DNA of 64,000 nt, from contig QPGO01000238.1 of assembly GCA_008632985.1 (NCBI GenBank), positions 1 through 64,000 of the forward strand, in the 5' to 3' direction. Position numbers and translations under genes: made by a program. The notes under the pieces were generated by a model. It had not been told where the DNA came from and ran no database searches. It saw only the letters and a list, made by a program, of their open reading frames with translations. This stretch comes from Psammoneis japonica (taxonomy: Eukaryota). Shown here piece by piece: positions 11,945 through 25,799 of the stretch; the first letter of the stretch is position 1; every line of letters begins with the position of its first letter.

Positions 11945-14900
11945 ATGTCGGATGACGCAGAGCAGCCGCTTTTTGGCAAGGAAGAGGAAAACGATGAGGA
12001 AGAGCGTCCACTTTTAGATAAAGAGGAGAAGGAATTTCTTCTGAAGCAGATGGAGGACGAGAAATATGAAGAACTCCTACCTGAAGACACCTACAGCTTG
12101 TTTGTGTTCGCCAAGGACCCACGTGATTGGAAGTGGCCCCCCAAGGACCCGCGTGATTGGAAATTGCCAGTTCACTTTCCGCCATTTGTGCTGGCAGGGT
12201 CTGTTGTCGCTATCCAGTTTTCAACACTGGCTTTCCTTATGGTGGATGTCATGAGAGAAGGAGAAAAAGAAAACCGTCTGGGTATTCCTGCTGATGTGGC
12301 ATGGCAGGTTCGGGCTTGCCAGCTCCTCGCCATACTCATTGCTGTGCTAAGTCAGGACAATGTCACCGATTCTCTGTCTATGGTGTGCTTAAACGGCTTC
12401 GATGACCGCAAGATGGATGATGACATCAAGAAGGATGTTGCCATCAAGATGGATGATATGGAGAAGGATGCTGCCGTCAAGATGGATGATGATATCAAGA
12501 AGAATGTTGACGTCGAGGAGGATGATAAAGATGAGAAGGACGATGGAAGAAACGAGAACGACGCGTTGGACATCGAGAATAGTGATGGCATCGAGGCCAG
12601 TGGCACAAACGAGTGCGACGGTCGTGTCGAAGACCCTATCGACGAGTTTCTTGGGAAACCATTATCCCGGTTTTCGTGGAATGCGTCAGCTTTCCTTCGT
12701 TTCATCGAGGGTTGTTATGGCCTTGCTGTAACCTTCATGCTCATTGTGCAAACCGAGACAGCTAGAGACGTGTTACTGAACTTCACCGCGGTCGAATTTG
12801 TTTCTACACTGGACAACACGGTGTTCGCTTTGGCCAAGAAGGGTTTTGCGGGAAGCCAATGCAAAGAGTTTGCCAAGAAGGTTGGTGAGGTGAAGTGTCT
12901 GAGTAAAAATACAAGTGACGACGATTCAGGCGAGAAGGTTACTAGTGGGAAATGTCAGAGAGAACATGCAAATGATGCAAGTGAAGAAGGCTCAAATAGT
13001 GCGCCTGCTTGGGTGACGAGCAAATTCAAGGGCATTTGGCACGCATTGAAGGGCATTTGGCGTAATCAAATATGGCGCAATCGGCGCTTTCTTGCGCTAC
13101 CAATTATCCTCGTGGTCATGCTTGGGTTTTGGTGGTGGCTTACGTCGAAGCAAGCAGCAGGTGAATACCAGAGCAAGACAATCTTTGTCCAGTTTGGCGA
13201 TGATCGGATCCGCGAACTAGCATACTTTAGCGGCCTCTATATAAGGGGTGAGAAGAAGGATGGCTACTTCCAATACGTCGAATCAGGTCCTGGAGATGGA
13301 AAGGATGAAGTCAGTGCCAAATTTGGATATTGTGACAAGGAAAGCGCTTGGGTGTTTGCTCACAGCAACGAGAGAGGAAAGGAACCAGTTCTTTGTGATG
13401 ACTGGAAAGCGAAGTCCGAGGAAACCGTATCATACGACATTCGGACCACAGCGCATTCTGCATGGGTTGTAAAAACGGAATCACACCCAATGCCCTTGGG
13501 CCACTTTTTTCTCCAAGATTACGATTGTAAGGACGATGACTTTTGCGGTGGCGATGGGACGTGCGACGGGAAAAAAAAATGCGATTGCACCGACAGCAAC
13601 CGGTATGGCGTGCGTTGCGAGTTTTCGGAGGCACCGTGCACTACATTATTAACCACCAATCCTTTTCCAAAATCTTCTGAGGGCGATCATGTATACCGCT
13701 GGCCAGAGAGATTTGACAAGGTTCCCGACACGCTCGTGTACCACCGTCCCGTTTTCTTCGGCAAGTCGAAATACACACACAAGCGTGATCATACTAATGA
13801 AACCGTCGCGGTGTTGTTTTTCAATGGAAGACGTTGGGAACTACGCACGCCATCCCCCCGGGAAAAAATGACACTGAGGAAAATTTGAAGTCTTCTTTCA
13901 AAGGTAACTTCATGCGTTCTGGACGGAATCAGTCGGAAACGCATCGTTTTTTGAGAGCGAATCGTCTGATGCCGACACGGCTAATGATTTCATGAATCCG
14001 ATTCGGCTCGAATGGTTTTATGCGGGAAGAAAGCCTCCACAGCCTGTTGACGGCACTGTCTTCGTCTGTCCTAAACTCGATGATGGCAACATAGGAGAGG
14101 CTGTGCGTAATTGGATCTCTGATGAGGAAGAGGCAAGGAAAGTTAACGGCAGTATATCTGAATGGGACACGTCCAACGTGACAAACATGTATGCCCTCTT
14201 TGCCGTCAATGCCACCGATGCCGATGTCTTTGTTGCCGAAGAACGCAACTTCACTGCAGACATTTCGAAGTGGAACACATCCTTGGTGAAGAACATGTCG
14301 TCCATGTTCGCAGGCGCCTCGTCCTTCAATCAGAACCTCTCGTCATGGAACACCTCTTCTGTCACTTCCATGGATAGAATGTTCGAAGGAGCAACCGAAT
14401 TCAATCAAGTGCTGTTGGAGTGGAACACTTCCTTGGTGAAGGACATGTCGTCCATGTTCGCAGGCGCCTCGTCTTTCAATCGGAACCTCTCGTCATGGAA
14501 CACCCATTCTGTCACTTCCATGGATAGAATGTTCGAAGGAGCAACCGAATTCAATCAAGTGCTATCGGAGTGGAACACATCCTCTGTGACGGGACATGTC
14601 ATCCATGTTCGCAGGCGCCTCGTCTTTCAATCGGAACCTCTCGTCGTGGGCAACCTCTTCGGTGACCGCAATGGAGAGAATGTTTGAAGGAGCCACCAAG
14701 TTCAATCAAGAGATGAAATGGGACACGTCTTCTGTAACAACAATGTCAGCAATGTTTGAAGGTGCATCGTCTTTCAATCAGTCCCTCTCGTCTTGGGACA
14801 CCTCTTCTGTGCTTGCCATGAATAGAATGTTTTCTAGAGCAACTGACTTCAACCAAGTTTTGGAGTGGGATACGTCATCGGCGACCGATATGACAGCCAT

Positions 14901-15927
14901 GTTTGCAAGCGCGTCGTCTTTCAACCAAGATGTCTCGTCGTGGCAAACCTCTTCGGTGACTGACATGACAGAAATGTTTTTCGAGGCTACGTCTTTCAAC
15001 GGCAACTTGACTTTGTGGAACACGTCGTCGGTGAAATCAATGTTCAACATGTTTGCATATGCGAGGGCTTTCAATAAAGAGCTTTGCTGGAACCTGCCTG
15101 ATGGGACAGAAGTCACGGGGATGTTTAGAAACACCAGTGGAGGAAAGTTCAAGTTCGGTGATGGTTGCGTCGACCCGGCATACCGTAATGAATCGGAGTC
15201 GCAGTCAATAGTTTTCTCGGATGCCGTCTTTAGAGTTGCTGTGAGGGAATGGCTCGACGAAAACGTTACTAAGGAAAATTATGGCCCCATTCAAGACTGG
15301 AACACTTCCCGTGTTACAGACATGTCGTTTGTGTTTGCTGATGCGACTAGTTTTAATGATAACATCTCAACGTGGGAAACGTCCTCCGTGACGAACATGA
15401 GGAGGATGTTCTCCTATGCCTCTTCTTTCAATCAAAGACTTGACTGGGACACTTCTTCTGTGACTGACATGGCAGCAATGTTTTTCAATGCAACGTCTTT
15501 CAACCAAGACCTGTCGAAATGGAACACGTCTTCGGTGACAACAATGGGCAACATGTTTGCTCGCTCCAATTTCAATGGAAATATATCGAATTGGACCACA
15601 TCGAATGTGCAAACCATAGGCCAGATGTTCTGGGAAAACAAAGCTTTCAACCAAGACCTGTCGTCATGGAATGTGTCCTCTGTGCGCTCCATGTATGGCA
15701 CGTTTTTGAGGGCAAATTTGTTCAACCAAGACCTCTCAGATTGGAATGTTTCTTCTGTTACGAACATGAATTGGCTTTTTGGGCTTTCGTCTCTCAATCA
15801 AGCACCTTTCTGTTGGACATTGCATCCCGAAGTGACGGCCAAGTTTGTGTTTTGTCGGACCAAAGGTTCATTTGCTGAAGGTTGCGTCAACGATGAAGAT
15901 CGTGCGGAATCGCAGCAGTGCAAGTAA
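11945..15927 (+). CDS. Large membrane protein with TM segments, an EGF-like Cys cluster and C-terminal DUF285/BspA-type repeats; split by apparent frameshifts (~13860, ~13910, ~14590)
   Basis: Three consecutive ORFs (11945-13888, 13992-14687, 14596-15927). TM segments with [14 protein letters not shown], then CGGDGTC..CDC..YGVRCE, then many WNTSSVTxMxxMFxxAxxFNQxL repeats. The breaks lie at short homopolymers (e.g. gtgacGGGacatg). Confidence 0.8.
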
Positions 15928-16439
15928 TGAGATTTTTGTTGTGTTAACGTGGCATCTAGAACACTCATTTTACCGGTACATCAACATTGAACCCTCCCAA
16001 GGTAAAACTTGTTCAACAAAATCATTATATATTCTCACTCTATTCGTATGACTACATTAAATAATGCGCTTTTCTTCCCTCTCTAGTCAGCAATTCCATA
16101 GTCAATAAAAATAATCTTCTGAACCTACAGTACGAGTTAATCTGCAGAATCCATAAGCTTCCTGCTTGAGAGCTTGCAAATGCAGCGACAATGCCCAGTG
16201 GCAAGCTGAGAGCACCTGAGATTGGCTGTTGCCCTGAGCAGTTGTTGAAACAACAAATTGCTCTTTGTCAGTCTATTCGGTATAACTACATAATACGCAT
16301 TTCTTCCCTCTACTAAAGTAAGCAACAAGATGTCGAGCGAGGGACCCATGTCTGTTCATCAGACTCTTTCCATGGATTTGGTATAATTTCCCTGTCTCCA
16401 ACAGAGACCATCCGCGAGATTGGATTCAAGCTCTTTAGT

Positions 16440-17660
16440 GTGCATGGCCACATTGCCCTGAGTAGTTGTTGCTTGAAACAACCGATTGCAATCGTGAAAG
16501 ATTTTCAGCATTGTCATCTCAAAAGGCTGGGGAAGCCACCCCACAACGAGGTTTGGGAAATGAACACCAGCGACAAAAAAGAATACAGTGAAGAAGATCA
16601 ACCATTTGAACCAACTCGTTATCGCATCAAACGCGACAAAAAGGATGTATTGAAGAAGATCCATCCTTTGAGCCAACTCGTTATCGCAATTAAACTCGGT
16701 TTTCACACCTGCTCATTATTTGTCGCTGTCAGATTCCCCCATGCAAGGTTTTAGCTCACCACAACTGTCCATCTCGGGTAATTTTATCTCATGTTGCTTT
16801 GGGTGACGGTTGAGAAGCAGATCTCTGCCTCATTTGCATTGGTGTTCCCGCGAGAAGTTAAAACTACCCCACCGGTGTTGCGAGAAGGTGACTTCAAGCT
16901 CTTAAGCACATGACAATTGCCCTGACTAGTCGGTTTTGAAACAACTGATTGTAATCGTGAAAAATTTGAAACATTGTCATCTCAAAGGCAAGGTTTTAGT
17001 TCACCTTACTGTCCAACTCAGGTCATTTTATCTCATGTTGCTTTGGGTGACGGTTGAGAAGCAGATCTCTGCCTCATTTGCATTGGTGGTCCCGCGAGAA
17101 GTTAAAACTACCCACCGGTGTTGCGAGAACGTGACTTCAAGCTCGTTAGCCCATGAAAATTGCCCTGACTAGGCATTGAAACAACTGATTGTAATCGTGA
17201 AAAAATTGCAACGTGAAAATCTCAAAGGCAAGGTTTTAGTTCACCAAACTGTCCATCTCAAATCATTTATCTCATGTTGCTTTGGGTGACGGTTGAGAAG
17301 CAGATCTCTGTCAAGCTCGTAAGCGCATGACAATTGCCCTGACTAGGTGTTGAAACAACTGATTGCAATCGTGAAAAATTTGCATCATTGTCATCTCAAA
17401 GGCTAGAGATGATAGCCGCCCCACAACGCGGTTAAGGAAATAACACCAGCGAAAAAAGAGAATGGTGAGAAAATCCACCTTTTGAGCAAACTCGTTATCC
17501 CAACAAATTAAACTCGGTTTCCCCACGAGGTCATTATTTTGTCTCTTTCAGATTCAGCAAGGGCTTAGCTCACCACACTGTCCATCTCAGGACATTTTGT
17601 CTCATGTTGCTTTAGCTGCCGCTTCAGAAGCCATCATAATATCTGCCTCCTTTGCAATTT
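16440..17660 (+). repeat. Local tandem/complex duplications with a ~240-bp unit
   Basis: ctcatgttgctttgggtgacggttgagaagcagatctctg at ~16788, ~17032 and ~17271 (degenerate at ~17601). gaaacaactgattg.aatcgtgaaaaa also recurs. Confidence 0.85.
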
Positions 17661-19181
17661 GCATCGTGGTCATTATCCCTTTGAGTCCAGTTCCACACTG
17701 GTACATGGTTTCTTTAGATCTGCAAGGTAACCCAAAAACAAAGAAGAGACTCAAGAAATAGCTGCAGGTCTTTATCAACTTGTGGAATTGGCCAAATATT
17801 TTGCGCAGATCGGATGTTGAATGCTATCGCCCGTGCAATTTGGGGGACGTCCAGCCAGTGCTGGCCGAAGAAGGTTGGCCGCTTCGGTGAACGCTGGACA
17901 GTCTCGACGTCTTTTTTCGTACCGTAGAAATTGCACTGACAAAACCACGATTTCAATTCCTTTGCACCAGCCTTTCAGTACATTTTCAATTACAGTTCTA
18001 TGCATTTGGTCACTCGGACACAGGATGAATGAAAGCTAGGACATGGCATGCAGAAGGAGCAAAAACAAGAAATAGCCTAAGATAGACAGACAATGCACCT
18101 CCTCAGCTTGCCCGACAATTCTTCTGTCACACATAGTTTTTGCTGACATCATTTGAGATTTCCTCCATGCTGTGATAGTAACTCAAAATAACTTTCATAT
18201 TCAGTTCCTCTCAATCCATAGCAATGATGGAAATCGAGAGAACTCATCTGAAATTCTATTAGTTTTTAACTTGGAGATTGAAGGTTCAAGAGCGTATGAG
18301 CTGTCCATTTTTATTGCAGCGAAAGAGGCTAGAGAACAAAACGAAAAAATGAAGCACGGCTATCTGTAGAGACAGATTCTCTTAGTCGAATCAATGTTAC
18401 ATAATTCTGAAAACTCCAAATGGCAAAATTTAAAATAGAAACCAGCAGAATTGCGCTATTGGATCTATGAATGACGACTAACAAATGCTGCTCGGAGTTT
18501 TTACCAGATTTTCAACATTCTTTAATCTACTGCCAGGCATATAACATTATTATTTCTTTCATACGACTCGTGCTTGCATCCGTAATTATGGGGTGTAAAA
18601 ACGCGCGACCCCTCAAAAAAATTACAGCCAACAATTACCCGTACTGAGGCATGTAATTTTTGCCTGTAATTTTTAGTAAGCTGCCTGTAATTTTTCGTAC
18701 GAAAACAGACTCATCATCGTCCATGACGGCAACAAACATCAGAATGTCGAACAACAATGGCAACCAACAATCAACGACAAGCTTCAACCAGTAAGAGATG
18801 TAAGAACTCGTTGATGGGGAACTATTATGATATATTTATGAAAGAAATAATGACGAAAAACGATGAGATTGCCATCAACGGACAACAAAATGAAGGCAAG
18901 TTCATGCCATTTCAGAAGAAAACACGTCATACGTTATTGTAAATGGACTAGACTTGTCAGAACAATGATTTGATGTGTGTAAGATCGCAGCGGAGCCGCC
19001 GAACGCCATGGTGTTTTGATGCTGTCAATAGAATGTTCAGCTACGTGTACAAATAAGTTGATTCAAATTAAAAATATAGAGTTATTCCTACTCAGCTATC
19101 AACAATTTTTGAGGAGTATATATTCAATGTACAGTGTATATCATTTCTTGCAGAATTACAGACATCCAATTTCACACTCTA

Positions 19182-19287
19182 GCAGTCGTGAGAAAATCGG
19201 GTGTCATTTTGGGGTGTAAATTTGCGCGATTCGCTTATTTACACCCCCAAATTACACCCCGAATTAAACCCCAATTTCCACGACTGC
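19182..19287. repeat. ~106-bp imperfect palindrome
   Basis: Outer arms gcagtcgtg...cacgactgc and inner arms ggggtgtaaat...atttacacccc. A related ggggtgtaaa motif lies at ~18589. Confidence 0.7.
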
Positions 19288-19811
19288 GACGGGTCTTAGC
19301 CGCAAGCGTTTACAGTGAAGAAGGTAGAAATCACTGTGGATCTTTATCCAACTCTTCGAGAAATACCTAGAATTTTTTTGCGAAAAGGAGAAAATTCACG
19401 TAGAATATCTTGTTTGTCGTGTTTTCGCGTGCTTACTTTTTTGTGACAAACCCAACGATGTTCACCATTCGGCAAAATTCCATAATTGGTAAATGTTCAC
19501 CGTATTTCTGAAAACGGAATTTTGAAGTTTTCATCCTAACCCTTAAGCATAGAATCGTGTTGCTTACGTAAAAGTCATCATGTAAAGTGTCAATGGTTTC
19601 AGGGGAGAACAACTCCTTGAGGCATCGGTCGAACGTAATTTTTGTACCATTGGAAATGGCTTTTTTTTAAGATAAAGTTTCCTCAGAGTCTAACAAAAAT
19701 TATTCTTCTCCATAATTTCTACATGATTTTCAGCACTAGCAAATGAAGCTCCGACGACCAATGTGATGGCCACGAGGGGTCGACAGTGATGCAGCGCATT
19801 CTGGTCTCTTT

Positions 19812-19996
19812 CAGGGTTGTATGGTTTACCAATCAAAAAGAATAAGCGTAAGTTTACTATAAGAATACAACAAAAAGCTCTCTATTCGTCTTTAGTCTAC
19901 CCAGGGTTGTATGGTTTACCAATCAAAAAGAATAAGCGTAAGTTTACTACAGTATACGAATACAACAAAAAGCTCTCTATTCGTCTTTAGTCTACC
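19812..19996 (+). repeat. Tandem duplication of a ~90-bp unit, 2 copies
   Basis: cagggttgtatggtttaccaatcaaaaagaataagcgtaagtttacta...tattcgtctttagtctacc occurs twice. Confidence 0.9.
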
Positions 19997-20814
19997 CTGA
20001 TGAACGAATTTGCCTTGAATTCTGTCTAACCGTAGGGCGATTCACAATCAATAACAAAATACCTCCTTATGGCGTTATACAGATGCCGGATCTTTCCATT
20101 GTTTTTGATTGTTGGGGTTGGTTGACCATAATATCATGATGGATAGCTTAGTAAGCGGCAGATGCATCGTATTTCATTGTCATCATCAGGTGAAGCTTTT
20201 CGGTGGCTTAGAGCTTATCAGCCAGTATGTTCCTACCTAGACAGTGCCGTAGAGGTATTTTACCTGAAAAAAAAAAGAATCGCGAGTTTCTCGATTTAAC
20301 GCACGAGTCATTTCCCCGGGTTTGTCATTTGATGGTCCATATTATGAATTTTCAAGCTAAAACACCAGCTGTGAAGTGCCAAATTCGAGTCTCTATTCCT
20401 ACTTCCCGTTTATGCTGGGGTCATGTAGGCGATCATGCTCATTTTGACTGGATGCCACTGCTCATGTCTCCCTTATCAATTGCCATCCATCTGAGGCTAA
20501 AAGCATGAATTGTTGTCGTGTTCGAACCAGAAGACTTTCTTTCCCGTTTCTACTCCCAATTGCGATTCTGAAAAAATCAAAACTCCATATTTTCTGCTTC
20601 TCAGGTATAGCTGTCACATGCGTGTCCCTCGAATTGATCTCCTACACCACCTTCATCCACTGTACCTGCTTTAGCTTCACTCTTGGTTGTCACCTCATAT
20701 TCATTGTCTGCCCTCATGTGCCAAAATGCGAAGATAGTGAGAAACTTAGTCAACCTCATTTTCACATCGATTCTTTTTGTCTAGCAATTTTTTGCTCATC
20801 TCAGGTCATTTTAA

Positions 20815-21271
20815 CCCTTCAACCACCGGACTTGAGCAAATCTCCACGGGTGGAGATTTGCTCCCTTACGTCACAAATATAGTAAAATAGGTATTTTCAG
20901 ATATAAATAATATTTTATTCGCGCGATTTTGTTTTGGAACGCGCATTCGCCGAAAATCTGGGGGAACCCTTTTGTAATTTAGAAAGTTCAATGTCGACTT
21001 TTAACACCGGGTTTTTTGCAAGCTTCATCTATGGATAGAGAGGAACTAAATCTCAACCTTTAACAATGCAGGTTATCATGAACTACTATCACAAATAGAG
21101 AAATAATACCACACCCTTGGAGCAAAGTAAATGCACGTGGTATACTTTACGTAGATTCTACGCGATGTGACATTTTTATACCACGTTCATTATATTATTA
21201 TAAAAGTGCATGACACGTCACAAATCCCTAAGTAGAGCAAGTGGAGATTTGCTCCCCTGGTGGTTGAAGGG
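20815..21271. mobile_element. Non-autonomous piggyBac-type MITE (457 bp)
   Basis: TTAA on both sides (20811-20814, 21272-21275), a perfect 13-bp TIR CCCTTCAACCACC/GGTGGTTGAAGGG, and a subterminal IR gagcaaatctccac/gtggagatttgctc. TTAA TSDs and CCC termini are piggyBac hallmarks. Confidence 0.9.
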
Positions 21272-21299
21272 TTAAGAAAATTCAAATTGTCTCATGCAC

Positions 21300-24200
21300 T
21301 TGAGGTTGTCACCTCATGCTCATCGTCTGCCCTCATGAGCACGAAAGAATCATGAGAAACTTGGTCAATCTCATTTTCACATTGATCTTTTTTGTCTGGC
21401 AAATTTTTGGTCATCTCAGGGCCTTTTTTTAAATGCAAATTGTCTCACATGCCTGCAACTTCAAAAAATGCCACAGTTGCAATGACATGACATGTTTGAG
21501 AGAAGCACCCCTTTTCAGCCCTCAGTCTTTTCATCTAAATTTGCTTTTGCTTCCAAGTGCTCTGGTTGGCGACACGTGGGTTTTGGCTGTCTGAGAGATG
21601 TCTGAGGGGGAGAGACCAGGCTTTCATGAACAGCAGCACCTTTTTCCAGAACTTGGCAGCTCTGTTCAGGCCAGCTTGGGTGAGCTTGGCAGGACTCTGG
21701 TTGGCTTTGAGGAATCCGAGTGTAATCTTGGAGGGTGTGTGTGCCATCAAAGCTCTCACAGAACCCTGGGGGAACCCGGTCAAGAAAAAACAGCAAACGG
21801 TTGAAGAATCAAACAAACCAAGACCAGCCCATGGCAGTTGCATCATGTCTTTTGAAGGTTTTGCCGTTGCCCCTTCAACATCAGCTGTTGCTTCCACGCC
21901 AGGATTGGAGGATTGTGCAAAGTCATTTGCTTGTCAAAACCGTCCCGTGGCAAAGCGCAGCGACAGTGAGGGCGATGCTGTGATCGAATCTGACGACCCG
22001 TTTTCAAAGGAGGTGAAAAAAACATGGAGCAGATCACAGGCTGCAACCGCAGCCAATCGTCTGCTGCAAGAGAGCAGGATGGAAAGACACCCAGCTGCTC
22101 CAACGCAGAAAAGAAACATTCGGGACACATCACCACGATGGATGAAATTGCCAAGCATGTGACCAGCACACCACAGTGGCCTTTGGATCGCAAGACCAAG
22201 TGGTTCACGCCGGTGCCAATCCCAGAGAATCTCAAAAAGGGCCGGGTGTGGAACCTGGCACCATGATCTGCAATGTGCAGGGAGGGGGGGGGGGGGCGAG
22301 GGCCCCCCAAGGGCCCCCCAATCTGTCATTGTGTGGGAGTTTGGAATTTGCCAGCTGCTCTTGCAATGCCGGCACTCTGCCTGGGCATTTGTTGCTCGCT
22401 GTGGCTGTTGCACAGGTGCTGTCATTTTGCAACCCCTCAAGACCCCCAAGATCAAGAACAAGAAGAAGCAGCCTGGGGCGCACATGGCCATGTTTGCTTT
22501 CAGGCATCCTTCTCCTGACCCCCAAGATCAAGAACAAGAAGAAGCAGCCTGGGGCGCACATGGCCGTGTTTGCTCTCAGGCATCCTTCTCCTGCCTCCTG
22601 CTCCACCACGATCTTGAACAAGAAGAAGCAGCCTGGGGTGCACATGGCGTGTTCGCTCTCTGCCACCCTTCTCCCACCTCCTGCTCCACCATGATTTTGC
22701 AAAGTTCTTCTCGCAACTGAGACTCCTTCTGCTCGCAGCGAGCCCAGCCCTCCTGACCACTTTTCTCTTCAGAGCTTGCTCAGTCTCTGCCTTCACTCCT
22801 GCTCTCATGATTTTCTCTTTGTGGCAGGTTTGTCATGCACCACACCCCGCCATGAGCTTCAGCCCAAAGTTTTGTGTGTGAACAAGGAATGGAAGCAAGG
22901 TCTTCTCCTGGCACTCGCCACCCATGCAGAGCTTCAAGTGGAGGACAAGAAAAAGAACGTGCTGGAAAACTCAACGAGAAGTGACCACGCAGCATGGCAG
23001 GAGGTGTCTTGCTCTGGTTTCTTGTGGCCCTCAGATTTGCAGAAAAGCAAAGGGACAACTTGCACCCTGTCCTAAATCTGGGATCACAGTCATCAGGTCC
23101 ATCATGCTTTGTGGTGACTGGGCCTCAACAAGTTCCACAGACTGGAGATGTGTCTCATGACATGTGGAGCACCTGTCGATTGGTTGCACAAGGTGAGACA
23201 GAAGCAAGATGGCACCTGCTTTTGTGTGTGTGATGCACAATCATCAGCTCCATCTTGACAAGTGCCCACAGCCCATCTCCACACCTTTTTTGCTCCACCA
23301 GTTTCAACTCAGTTTCTCTTGAGTCCATCTTGTTCAAGGGGGTGTCTCACTTTGGTTTCTTGTGGCCTTCGGATCTGCAGAAGAGTGAGGGTGCAACTTG
23401 CACCTTGTCAATCTGGGGTCGCAGTCATCAGGTCCATGCTTTGTGGTGACAAGGCCTCAAAGAGTTTTGCAAACTGAAGATGCACCTCCGTCTTGACAAG
23501 TGCTCACAGTCCATCTCCACACCTTTTTTGCTCCACTGGTTTTGACTCAGTTTCTCTTCAGCCTGTCTTGTTCAAGGGGGCACTTCACTTTGGTTTCTGG
23601 TGGCCTTCGGATCTGCACAAGAGAAGTGAGAGAATGACTTGCACCTCATCAATTCGCAGTCATCAGGTCCATGCTTTGTGGCAACGAGGCCTCAAAGAGT
23701 TTTACAAACTGAAGACATGCCTCGCGATGTGTGGGGCACCCATCGATTGGTTGTGCCAGGCAAAACAGCTGCAAGATTGCACCCATTTGTGCGCACTGCA
23801 CACAATGCATGGGCATCAGCTCCATCTCAACAAGTGCTCACAGCCCATCTCCGCACCTTTTTTGCTTTTGTCTGAAGCTGTTTTGGCTTCCATGCACTCC
23901 AGCTGACAACACCTGGGTTTTTTTGGCAAAGAAATGTCTGAAGGGGAAAGACCAGGCTTTCATGGACAGCAGCACCTTTTTCCAGAACTTGGCAGCTCTG
24001 TTCAGGCCAGCTCAGGTGAGCTTGGCAGGACTCCAGTTGGCGCCAACAAGCAACAGATTTTGGCAGTGTTCATCTTGTTCATTGTGAAGCCTTGAAATGG
24101 TCTCTTGTTGGATCCTCTGGCATGCCCACCAATCTGCCACTGTGCTGGAGTCTGGAGCTTGCCAGCTGCTCTCACAACCTGAGCATTTGTTGCTTGCTGA

Positions 24201-24770
24201 GACTGTTGCGCAGGTGCTGTCATTTTGTCAACCCTTCAAGACCCTCATGCACGTGGCTGTGCTCAACCTGCCACAAGCAGCACAGGTTGGACCTGGTTGT
24301 CAAAAGTCAGAAAAATGACTGCTCGCCATTGCCGCCATTGTGACGACAAGGCACCGCCATTCATTCAGGGCAAGCAGCAGCACGTTCGGCATCACACTGG
24401 GTTGGCAAGCACCCCAGCAGCACGCTTGAGACTTGTTGGAAAACCAGTGGGCAAGGTGAGGGAGGCATGTGGTGCAAGCATGGCCGAAGAGGGTCTGCCA
24501 CCGGTTGAGGACTTTGGCAGAAGGCAATGCCATGTTTGAAGCTTTCTCCTTGGCTTGGGCCCTCTGCTTCTTCCAAATGACACAAGAGGAGGGTGGAATG
24601 TGATGCAAGCGTGGCCGAAGAGGGTCTGCCGGTTGAGGACTTTGGCAGAAGGTGACGCCATGTTCAAAGCTTTCTCCTTGGCTTGAGCCCTCTGCTGCTT
24701 CCAAATGATGTGCTCTTCCTCCATCGTAAAAGGCGAGGCACCCGGTGGCAACCATGGCGGCAAGGTGCAA
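21300..24770. repeat. TpA-depleted degenerate block with internal duplications
   Basis: A ~75-bp unit occurs about 3 times (22441-22695, gaacaagaagaagcagcctgggg). 21545-21705 resembles 23880-24040, and further repeats lie at 23000-23870 and 24480-24715. Confidence 0.75.
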
Positions 24771-25799
24771 GGTGCGTTACGTACATTTTATGTGGACATA
24801 CATTTTTTTTAAATGTTGCTACAGCATGTTTCAATCGTACGTCAATCGTGGGTTCGTACGAAGGACAGATCAGTCACACAGAATTGCAAATACGATCGCT
24901 TGGCGATGTTGACATCACACGTGTCAACAGCAATCGTACCCGGACAATCTGTTGTCACAATTGTATTCCCCGAAAGGCCTTTTAGTCTGTAGAAGTAGTG
25001 CAAAAGCTTCAGGCCATTGAGAACTCGTTCGGAGAAACCCAAAATGATTGAGTGAAATCCAATCTCATAATTTTCACTTTTTGCACCTTGTTCTGCTTTC
25101 GTTTGCACTCATTTTTTGAACACAGAGCAGGGGCCATGAGGATGTGGGGCTGGCCACTGCGTTGTTGACATTGCGGTTGGCTGTGAGACCTCATGAGGAG
25201 TTGTTGTCGCTGACAGCAAGATGAGCTTGCCACCAGCCTCGTTGCTCCCAGAAGGCTGGACAGTGCCATCAGAGCACTCTTGAGCTGCTTCAAGTGCGGT
25301 TGATCAAGTCCTCAATGAGCTCCTCTTTTTGTGGCTTCTCTTGGTTTGTTCTGAGGCCTTTTCTTTTTCTTTCACATGACTTTCATGCTGGCTCTCTTCT
25401 TGGCGCAGCTGTTCCTCATGCTGGCCCTCTTTTTTCTGCAACAGCTCTGCGTGCTGGCACCCCTCAGCACACTTGATCTTTCTCCTCCCACTCCATCACA
25501 ATCTTGCAAAGATCTTCTCACAACTGAGGTTCCTTCTGCTTGTGCTGACCCCAATCCTCCTGAAATGCCCTCTGCGCTGGCATCAAGGCAGTGCTTGATT
25601 TGTGCTGATGATGTGGTGGTGGCATGAGTGCGACACCTTGCTCTGCCAGTTTTTGAAAGCTGTGCCTGTCATGCTGAATCACTTGCTTTTGCTGCTTCTG
25701 CTCCACTGCCTTCTTGACAGGATCAACTTTTCAGGCCATCATCCTCCACAGCACTCTTCAAAGCTCTGTGTCTCCTTCATTGCGGGGCTTTGTCCTCCA

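Noticed and set aside
13855..14600. Programmed frameshifting or phase variation in the BspA gene (also at ~50892)
   Set aside because: Single-base shifts at short homopolymers in several unrelated genes fit assembly indel errors or decay better.
22441..22695. CRISPR-like array
   Set aside because: These are plain tandem ~75-bp units without unique spacers, in a eukaryotic context.
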